19,376 nt of DNA from Promethearchaeota archaeon Loki_b31 (lineage in GTDB: Archaea; Asgardarchaeota; Lokiarchaeia; Sigyniarchaeales; SOKP01): positions 1-19,376 of the forward strand of contig NJBI01000058.1 in the NCBI GenBank assembly GCA_005222975.1, given 5' to 3'. Positions 10,185-17,515 of this stretch are shown here, one piece after another. The notes under the pieces were generated by a model. It had not been told where the DNA came from and made no database searches. It saw only the letters and a program-made list of their open reading frames with translations. The position numbers were made by a program, and so were the translations under genes. Each line of letters opens with the position of its first letter. The stretch's first letter is position 1.

Positions 10185-10386
10185 TTTTATTTCCTCTTTA
10201 TAATGTATTTTTAAATATTTAAATTATACTAATTAATAATAGATTGCTCTTGTTTTTTAAAGGTTTCTCTATGGTTTCCTTGTTCTTTATTATATAACAC
10301 ACCAAAAAACTAATAAATTTTTTATTCTGAATTTCTTTAACATTAATAATTTTTTAATTTTAGAGATATAATTTGAAGAATTTATC

Positions 10387-11550
10387 ATGAATGGTAAACC
10401 AAAAGGGATTACGGCTCCACCAAGCCGAGATGAGCTTTCCAGTCGATTAGAGAAAGTAAGAGCTATGATGATAGAAGAAAATTTGGATTATTATGTGTCA
10501 TTTGATCCAACTAACATATATTATTTAACTAACTTTGCAAACAATGTACACGAGCGTCCATTTATTCTAATTATCGAAAGAGAAGGGACCCCTAAAATGG
10601 TGGTTCCACTCTTAGAAAAGAGTCATGTAGAGTCAAGAACTCTTTGTGATCTTGAATTTCATAGTTATTTCGAATTTCCAGCTCCCGAAGGAGAAAATTG
10701 GTACGATTTATATCAAACGCTTATTAAAAAGGATAAAAAAGTTGGAATTGAGGCTGCAATGCCATCGGGGATTGCTGAAAAAACTCCTGGAAGTAAGGTA
10801 ATTACAGACATTATCGATGAGGTGCGAATTGTAAAAACAGATTACGAAATCGGAAGATCTGTCCATGCTTGTAAAATTATTAATAGAGGACATAAAGAAT
10901 TGCTTAAAATTTGCCGTCCTGGAGTGCCAGAATTTGCTTTATATCAGAAAGTCACAGGATTCATGACTTCGAAGATCCTCGCAGATATACCCGGTGCAAA
11001 TTTCATCGTCTGTAGAACGGTTGGAGCAGTTTGGCCACCCTCTTTTTCTCACGACCCGCATATAATTCCAAAACTTTTTGCTGAAATGGAAGAAGGAGGT
11101 CCACATGTTTCCATAGTATACGCACAGGTAGATGGCTATGGGGTTGAAATAGAAAGAACCTTCTTTTTAGAACATATTCCAGAAAAGGCTAAGAAACCTT
11201 TCGAAGCAATGTTCCAGGCCAGAGAGCTTGCTTATAGCCTTTTAAAACCAGGAACAAATATGGGTGAAATAGATAGTAAAGTAAGAAAGTTTATAACTGA
11301 AAAAGGATATGGCGACTACGTAATTCACCGCACTGGACATGGGCTTGGAATCACTGGACACGAGGCTCCGTATTTAGCTGAGGGATATGATAGACTTCTC
11401 GAGCCAAATATGTTAATAAGCGTTGAGCCGGGTATTTACATTCCGGGACTTGGAGGTTTTCGCCATTCTGACTCTGTCTTAATAACCGATGATGGTTATG
11501 TTAAATTAACCAAAGCTCCAGAAGAACTTGACGACCTTATAATTTCATAA
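10387..11550 (+). CDS. M24 (pita-bread fold) Xaa-Pro peptidase / creatinase-like hydrolase
   Basis: 387 aa. Creatinase_N-type N-terminus (NIYYLTNF), RIVKT..EI, HRTGHGLG, GHEAP, SVEPGIY. Several canonical metal ligands are substituted (see findings). Confidence 0.85.
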   Translation: MNGKPKGITAPPSRDELSSRLEKVRAMMIEENLDYYVSFDPTNIYYLTNFANNVHERPFILIIEREGTPKMVVPLLEKSHVESRTLCDLEFHSYFEFPAPEGENWYDLYQTLIKKDKKVGIEAAMPSGIAEKTPGSKVITDIIDEVRIVKTDYEIGRSVHACKIINRGHKELLKICRPGVPEFALYQKVTGFMTSKILADIPGANFIVCRTVGAVWPPSFSHDPHIIPKLFAEMEEGGPHVSIVYAQVDGYGVEIERTFFLEHIPEKAKKPFEAMFQARELAYSLLKPGTNMGEIDSKVRKFITEKGYGDYVIHRTGHGLGITGHEAPYLAEGYDRLLEPNMLISVEPGIYIPGLGGFRHSDSVLITDDGYVKLTKAPEELDDLIIS

Positions 11551-11570
11551 TAAAAAAGATTTATGAAAAG

Positions 11571-12074
11571 TTAAATTTCTTTTTTTATTTGGTCTATAGG
11601 TTTTCTTAGAGTCGGTTTCGGAATGTTTCCTTTAATATATCCAAAAGGTAAGATTGTTAAAAGAAAATCGTCTTTCCCTAGACTAAGTAATTCTTTAGCT
11701 TTTTCCCTATCCATTGAACCAATCCAACAAGTCCCTATTCCTAAAGACCAAGCCATCAACATCATATTCATTGAAACTAATGTTGTGTCTTGAATGTACC
11801 AATTAGGATTTTCTTTAATTTTTCCAACTATAGCTATAGCGACAGGAGCTCTTTTCATAAACTTACTATAAATAGCTGATTCTGAAATTTCCTTTAAAAA
11901 TTCTTTTTTTTTTATGATAATAAACTCCCATGGTTGCTTATTAGAAGCACTTGGAGTCCATCTTCCTGCCTCTAAAATCATTTCAAGATCCTTATCAGCA
12001 ATCATTTTATCGAGAAAGTTTCTGATGCTCCTTCTACTTTTTAAAAATTTTAAAAATTCTTCGGGATTAATCAT
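11571..12074 (-). CDS. Nitroreductase family flavoprotein
   Basis: 167 aa. RRSIR, PSASNKQPWEF, AWSLGIGTCWIG, C-terminal RKP. Confidence 0.93.
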   Translation of the reverse strand: MINPEEFLKFLKSRRSIRNFLDKMIADKDLEMILEAGRWTPSASNKQPWEFIIIKKKEFLKEISESAIYSKFMKRAPVAIAIVGKIKENPNWYIQDTTLVSMNMMLMAWSLGIGTCWIGSMDREKAKELLSLGKDDFLLTILPFGYIKGNIPKPTLRKPIDQIKKEI

Positions 12075-12195
12075 TCAATATTTCAACATCTATTACTAGT
12101 TCTAATTAAAGCTACAAAATCTGAATATCATTTAAATATAATCTTAATGAAATATTAATTCTTTAAATGATTGTTTAAAAAATTTTTAGGAAGAA

Positions 12196-13449
12196 TCATT
12201 CTTTCTTGTTATTATTGAAATACTCTGAACTAAGATTGGGAAATATCTTTTTTTTTCTTCCTTCGCTTTTGAAATGAACTAAATTAAGATCTATTAGCTT
12301 TTTAACGTGATATTGAATAGTTTTATGGTCAACCTTAAAGCGTTTTGTTATAATGCTATTCCATAGACCCGGTTCTTTTTCGATCAGTTGTAAGACTTCT
12401 AACGTTAATTTGCTCTTACTTAATTGAAGATCAAGGTTTGAAATGGGATTCTTCTGGTAATACGGAAAATACGCTATAAAATTCCCAATACGCTTTTTCC
12501 CAATAACCTTGTAGGTTTCTAATATATCGAGGTGCCACACGAGATTACCGGCAGCTATTTCGATTTTTCTTAATAGCTCGTTGAAATGAATACCAGGTTC
12601 ATTTAGAATTAAATCGATTATTTTATTCCTATTTTCGTTCTCTAATACGTCTATTAAGCTTAGCCGATGAGCGCCTTTCTCAATTGGAATCGTTCTAGTT
12701 TTTAAGTATTGGAAATAATCTTTTTTTGAAATTAAAATAACAAGCGATGCTATCCCAATAGCACCAACTATCAAAATAATTACCCAAATCCAATTATCAA
12801 AACCTTCAATAATCTCGAAAAAAGTAATGTAATATTCAGTGTCTGCTTGCAAGTTATTAAGAGACCCCTCTAAAAAATATTCAGAACTTGACTCATTATA
12901 TTGTTCAATTGTACTGATAACTTCCCACATTTCTTGCGAAGGCTCGTATAAAGCTAAAGAATAACTATTACTTGGATTAAAGCCGTATAGAGATCTTTTA
13001 AGACCTTTAATAGTCATACTTTCTATCGTTGTGTTAATATTTATTTGAAAGATGCAATCATATTTGTATTGAAATTGAGCATCTCCTTTTTTTGGTCCTT
13101 GAGGCGATCTAACCATCCCAAAATTTTGCATAGTTACTTTAGAGGTGATATTTAAGGAAATCGGATTAATATTATTAATAAGAAAGAGAATTTGACGATT
13201 TTCAATTTTATTTTCATATTGGATTTCTAAGTCAATAAAAGAATCTGTCGAGATTTCAAAAATTATATTGTTAGAAAAAATGTATTTCACAGATTCGTTT
13301 GGGTAGATTTGATCTTGAGTAGAAAAACCGGGTATACTTTCAGTTCTTTGAGATAAAACATTAGATATTAAGAAACTAAAATTAATAAAGATTAAAAGTA
13401 ATATAAGAACGCTGAAATTTGATTTGTTCCTTAATTTTAATTTAAACAT
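12196..13449 (-). CDS. Single-pass membrane-anchored transcription regulator: signal peptide, ectodomain, TM helix, two winged helix-turn-helix domains
   Basis: 417 aa. Basic then hydrophobic N-terminus; Asn/Ser-rich ectodomain with N-x-S/T sequons; TM at ~220-240 (WIWVIILIVGAIGIASLVILI); wHTH1 LENENRNKIIDLILNEPGIHFNELLR...LVWHLDILE; wHTH2 EPGLWNSIITKRFKVDHKTIQYHVKKL...EGRKK. Confidence 0.85.
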   Translation of the reverse strand: MFKLKLRNKSNFSVLILLLIFINFSFLISNVLSQRTESIPGFSTQDQIYPNESVKYIFSNNIIFEISTDSFIDLEIQYENKIENRQILFLINNINPISLNITSKVTMQNFGMVRSPQGPKKGDAQFQYKYDCIFQININTTIESMTIKGLKRSLYGFNPSNSYSLALYEPSQEMWEVISTIEQYNESSSEYFLEGSLNNLQADTEYYITFFEIIEGFDNWIWVIILIVGAIGIASLVILISKKDYFQYLKTRTIPIEKGAHRLSLIDVLENENRNKIIDLILNEPGIHFNELLRKIEIAAGNLVWHLDILETYKVIGKKRIGNFIAYFPYYQKNPISNLDLQLSKSKLTLEVLQLIEKEPGLWNSIITKRFKVDHKTIQYHVKKLIDLNLVHFKSEGRKKKIFPNLSSEYFNNNKKE

Positions 13450-13523
13450 TTAGATAATCCATTTTTTGATCGTTAGATTATTTTAATTATAAAATAAAAA
13501 AAAATATTGGTTTTTAGATATAA

Positions 13524-14234
13524 TTATTTTTTTGATGATTTTTTCTTTTTCACATAGATTACTGATCCGATAATTATTAAAGCAACAACGCCACCAATAC
13601 TCAATCCAATGATTAAAATTGTGTAGTCAGGTATAAGTATTGTCCATGTTGAAAAATGAGATACTTCAGCGGTTAGATAATCACCTTTTATGGTTGTTGG
13701 AACGCTAACCCATTCTTCCGTTGCTTCGTCGTAATAAGCCCATTGACCTATGCGATTTTCGTTAGTTACCCTTATACTTAATCTCGCTCGCGTGAAAGTA
13801 CCGTTGCATTCTAATTTAACTACAAATCCTTCTTGATATTGAACTCGATTGCGATTTCTAATTTGGTATGTATTGCCCTTTAATAAACCTAATTCTTTTT
13901 GTTCCTCCGTACAAGTCATACTCATTTGAAGATCGCCGCTACCTTCAATTTCAAGCGCAAAATCTTTAGCACCGATTTTTAAAGCTTCACAATCAAAGTC
14001 TACCTCTAAATTAACATTAGCGTTAAGTCTTAATTGAGTTCTATTTCTAAATCGAAACATGGTCATAGTGTTAGCTTGTATATGTGCGTGATATGTATCC
14101 GTATTAACTCCAATAGGATCATCATCTGGATCGCCAACGACTACGACATTGAAAGACGTAATCGTCGAAAATAGGATCATTAGAAAAATTGTACCTAAGA
14201 GAATTTTACTTAATTTTTTCATTTTTTTTATCAC
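13524..14234 (-). CDS. Secreted, C-terminally anchored surface protein with juxtamembrane HFS motif (candidate GAIN/ZU5-like autoproteolytic domain)
   Basis: 236 aa from GTG (alternative ATG at 14222). Signal peptide, beta-rich domain ending YYDEATEEWVSVPT...LTAEVSHFSTWTIL, TM ~206-228, then KKKKSSKK stop-transfer tail. ORF is solid; the function is inferred. Confidence 0.7.
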   Translation of the reverse strand: MIKKMKKLSKILLGTIFLMILFSTITSFNVVVVGDPDDDPIGVNTDTYHAHIQANTMTMFRFRNRTQLRLNANVNLEVDFDCEALKIGAKDFALEIEGSGDLQMSMTCTEEQKELGLLKGNTYQIRNRNRVQYQEGFVVKLECNGTFTRARLSIRVTNENRIGQWAYYDEATEEWVSVPTTIKGDYLTAEVSHFSTWTILIPDYTILIIGLSIGGVVALIIIGSVIYVKKKKSSKK

Positions 14235-14238
14235 TAAA

Positions 14239-14272
14239 TTGTTTTAATTAAAACAAAAAAAGGGCATATAAA
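14239..14272 (-). promoter_or_regulatory. Candidate promoter: TATA box (TTTATATG, 14265-14272) and perfect 18-bp palindrome TTGTTTTAATTAAAACAA (14239-14256)
   Basis: TATA-like element about 30 nt upstream of the GTG at 14234. The palindrome lies between TATA and start. The region is very AT-rich, so chance occurrence is possible. Confidence 0.5.
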
Positions 14273-14662
14273 AAGGATTGAGGAATAAAATTACCCGATT
14301 GAAAAGGATAATAAGTACTTTTAATCTGAAAGCAAATTTTAAAGTTTAAGTATAGTTTCAATTACTAGGATTATCCCTTAATTTATTTTTAATACTATAA
14401 AATTTTTTAAATCAATTTGCGGAAAGATTTCTAAAATTTTTTGTTTATCTTTTTAATTTTGTTTAAACATATTATCAGATGCAGTATTAAAGTCTCAAAA
14501 AATGAAGCTTCTTAATCCTTAAGTTTTAATATTATCGTTTTGAAAATATTATTATATATAAAATATTTTAAATAATATTAAAAAGAAATTCAGATTAAAT
14601 TTATTTTAACTAAATTAATATGAATTTTTTTAGATTATAATTTTAGAAATGGAGAAAAGCTT

Positions 14663-16918
14663 ATGAGCTTAAAAGAATTTACGAAGGAAATTTTCACGAG
14701 ATATGGTTTCTCTGAAGACCAAATTAATGTATATATTGTTTATCTTAGAGTCCCAAGAGCAACTTCGTCGGAAGTTTATTTGACTTTAACGGAAAAACAC
14801 CCTGAATTGACGTATGAAAGCGTTATTGAGATTACTAATTGGTTGGTTGAAAAAGGTTTTCTCAAAAAAGTAACTGGAATTGTTGACAGGTTTATTCCAT
14901 TAGAACCATACTTTGAATTATACATCGGAGAGTCTAAGATGTTTAGGGACGAAATTGCTAAAATAAAAGACTCAATTTTAGCGGATCAATCAGATCGATT
15001 TGAAAGATTGCAAGCTATCCAAGATAAAAGCATTAATGAAGTAGTAACTGCTGTTGACGACCAAATAAAAGCTTTTTTTGAAGATTCAGACACTAAGAAC
15101 AACAATAAAAGAGACCGAATTAACAGTTCAAGAAACCGGTTTACGGATACATCTAAAACTTTGGAAGAAAATCTTCATTCTATTATGGGTACACTAAATT
15201 CAGATATCAAAAATATCTCAGATACTAGAGTAAGAGAAAACGAATCTACGGTAAATAAAACAAAGGATAGCTTAACAGGATTAATTTCAGAGTTATTATC
15301 TGATTTTTCAAAAAGAGTAGAAGATTTAGAAAGAGAACTCAAAAGGGATTTAGATGATCACGTAGATCGCCATAAAACTATCGCAAACGATCTTAAACCT
15401 AGAATGGAACAAATTCTTGAAAAATATTTGGAAAGAATGGACAAGATAGTCGTAGACCTTAAAGGAAGGATTTCAAATCTATTAAAAGAACACTTAAACC
15501 ACCTTAAGAACGCCACCGATACCCTTCAAACTAATTTAAAGGCAACAGTCGACGAAAGACATAGGACTTTAACTGACCAAACCAATGAATTTAAAAGTAT
15601 GACGTTAACATTAATTGATAATCTTTTAGAACACGCTAATAGGTTTACAGATTTTTCGGCTGAAATGTCTAAAAAGGGATTTTTTTGGATGGGTAAAAAG
15701 AAAAAGTACAAAGCAAGACATGAAACTACGATTCAAAGCATTCTCAAATATACTGAACCTATGAAAGACGATTTTACAAACACAAGTGAGACATATATAA
15801 AAGATACACGAAGTACTTCGGACAACTTGAAAACTGACATCACAGATATTATCACTCTAGAAAACGATAATGTCGTTAGCGAAACCAACGATTTAGATCA
15901 CAAAGCACAAGAGACCATAAATGTACAATTAGAAACGCTTGCGAGTGATATGTCGGGAGAGATCGATTCAACTTTACAAAGTGGCGTAAAAGATTGCTCC
16001 GATACCACCGTTAAGCTTAAAGATTCGTTAGAGGACTCGCTTAAAACTCACCATAGACAATACGACGAAGCAATTAATAGACATAAAGACGAATCATTAA
16101 GGCACTATACTACATATGACACCGATATTAAAAGAATTAAAGAGGATTGGATTAGAGACCTTGATGATAAATTCACTGGCGGAAAAAGGGACAGTTCTGA
16201 AAAAATTACCGCTGAAATTAACTTGTGGGGCGACGAATCAGCAGACTTAGATAGAAACTTAAGTGAAATGCTTATTGATCATAAGTCTAAATACGAAGAA
16301 AATGCGAAAACTTTACAAAATAGTTTATCGAATACTACTCGAGACACAACACAAAACATTAAAGATGCGATCGCCGATTTCACGCTCCAATTTATGAACT
16401 CCATCGACGACGCCACAGAGTTAGCCGAAAAGAACGAAGGGAAGCTTAGTGATATACACAACACTTCAAGTTCAATTCCAGAAATAATGGACATTACGAC
16501 GTGGCAGATTGTAGGACGAGAAGCTCTGGTTGCAGCTATGAAGGATGCTATTTATAGGGTAAAATCTTCAATTATTATCGTAATGCCCTATGTGCTTCCA
16601 GAAATTTTACAAGTTATAAGTGAATACGCTTATCAGAAAAAGGCGGTAAGATTCATGCTAACCTCGAGATTTGATATGGCAACCTACGGCGATATCATAA
16701 AGAAGATGATTGCGCTGGGCAATATCCAATTCCGACAATTAAGTGGAGCTGGCGAATTCTTTGCGCTAACCAGAGACGCTGAAGAAGTCATCATTGGTCC
16801 TGCATCGGAAAAAGAAGGAGAAATGATAAGCGTGGTTTCCAATCAAACAGCCTATAGTATACTCTACTCCCAATTTATTGGTCCAATTTTTCAAGCGAAT
16901 TCCCGCCCGATAAAATAA
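14663..16918 (+). CDS. TrmB-like regulator with very long central helical/coiled-coil insertion
   Basis: 751 aa. N-terminal TrmB-type wHTH (YGFSEDQINVYIVYL...ATSSEV...LVEKGFL...RFIPLEP); ~85-610 charged helical rod; C-terminal TrmB effector/PLD-like domain (WQIVGREAL...KSSIIIVMP...RDAEEVIIGP). GGAG RBS. Confidence 0.7.
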   Translation: MSLKEFTKEIFTRYGFSEDQINVYIVYLRVPRATSSEVYLTLTEKHPELTYESVIEITNWLVEKGFLKKVTGIVDRFIPLEPYFELYIGESKMFRDEIAKIKDSILADQSDRFERLQAIQDKSINEVVTAVDDQIKAFFEDSDTKNNNKRDRINSSRNRFTDTSKTLEENLHSIMGTLNSDIKNISDTRVRENESTVNKTKDSLTGLISELLSDFSKRVEDLERELKRDLDDHVDRHKTIANDLKPRMEQILEKYLERMDKIVVDLKGRISNLLKEHLNHLKNATDTLQTNLKATVDERHRTLTDQTNEFKSMTLTLIDNLLEHANRFTDFSAEMSKKGFFWMGKKKKYKARHETTIQSILKYTEPMKDDFTNTSETYIKDTRSTSDNLKTDITDIITLENDNVVSETNDLDHKAQETINVQLETLASDMSGEIDSTLQSGVKDCSDTTVKLKDSLEDSLKTHHRQYDEAINRHKDESLRHYTTYDTDIKRIKEDWIRDLDDKFTGGKRDSSEKITAEINLWGDESADLDRNLSEMLIDHKSKYEENAKTLQNSLSNTTRDTTQNIKDAIADFTLQFMNSIDDATELAEKNEGKLSDIHNTSSSIPEIMDITTWQIVGREALVAAMKDAIYRVKSSIIIVMPYVLPEILQVISEYAYQKKAVRFMLTSRFDMATYGDIIKKMIALGNIQFRQLSGAGEFFALTRDAEEVIIGPASEKEGEMISVVSNQTAYSILYSQFIGPIFQANSRPIK

Positions 16919-16961
16919 GAGGAGCTTAACCAAAATCCCAAACTGGATAAACTAATACAAG

Positions 16962-16986
16962 ATTTATTTTTTATCTTTCTTTTTTT
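16962..16986 (+). terminator. Archaeal-type oligo(T) terminator
   Basis: T-rich tract (TTTATTTTTTTATCTTTCTTTTTTT) about 45 nt after the TrmB-like stop codon. Confidence 0.4.
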
Positions 16987-17192
16987 AACATTTTGAATAG
17001 TTTCTGAACACATTATTGATGAGGTAAAAACCAATCCGGAAAGATTGTTTAACGGATCATTAAGTAGTGTTTAAATAAAAATTCACTATAAATAAGCCTA
17101 AGTTAATTTTAACGGTTCAAGTTAAAGTTTTGAAAAAGTCAAAATTGAATAATATTAACAAGCTAATTTAATGAGTAATATTATTGCTTTTT

Positions 17193-17459
17193 TTACGTAT
17201 ACGCGTTCCAATTATCAACAGCTCTAAAGTATTCTAGTGCAATCTTTTCTGAACCCATAAATTCAATCCATTTCATCATTGCTTCAGTAGTCCCGCCCCC
17301 ATAGCCAACATAAGCGTCATATGTTAGTTCAAAAAAAGTATCGAGATTTTCTTTAAACTTTTCAAAAGTCGGGATGTTTTTAACTGTAGTTAGTTTTTTA
17401 AAAATGGTATAAACTTCTTGGTATTCGTATTCTTTTAATTCAACTTTTTTGGAATTCAT
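17193..17459 (-). CDS. Small hypothetical protein (~88 aa)
   Basis: Open frame with natural-looking composition filling the gap after the nuclease gene. ATG at 17459 (alternative GTG at 17465). No family recognised. Confidence 0.65.
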   Translation of the reverse strand: MNSKKVELKEYEYQEVYTIFKKLTTVKNIPTFEKFKENLDTFFELTYDAYVGYGGGTTEAMMKWIEFMGSEKIALEYFRAVDNWNAYT

Positions 17460-17515
17460 TTTCACTCATTTATATCTATTCGTTAAAATGGTGTATATTG
17501 TATTTAAATTTATTG

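Noticed and set aside
14273-14662. Long AT-rich intergenic region as possible ncRNA, origin or CRISPR
   Set aside because: No GC-rich stems, spaced direct repeats, recognisable ORB boxes or adjacent cdc6; consistent with divergent promoters.
14663-16918. SMC/Rad50 or methyl-accepting chemotaxis protein
   Set aside because: No Walker A/B, ABC signature, CxxC hook or MCP hairpin signature; the terminal domains are TrmB-like.
16919-17192. Convergent intergenic gap as possible tRNA or integration site
   Set aside because: No cloverleaf, T-loop motif or convincing repeat visible.
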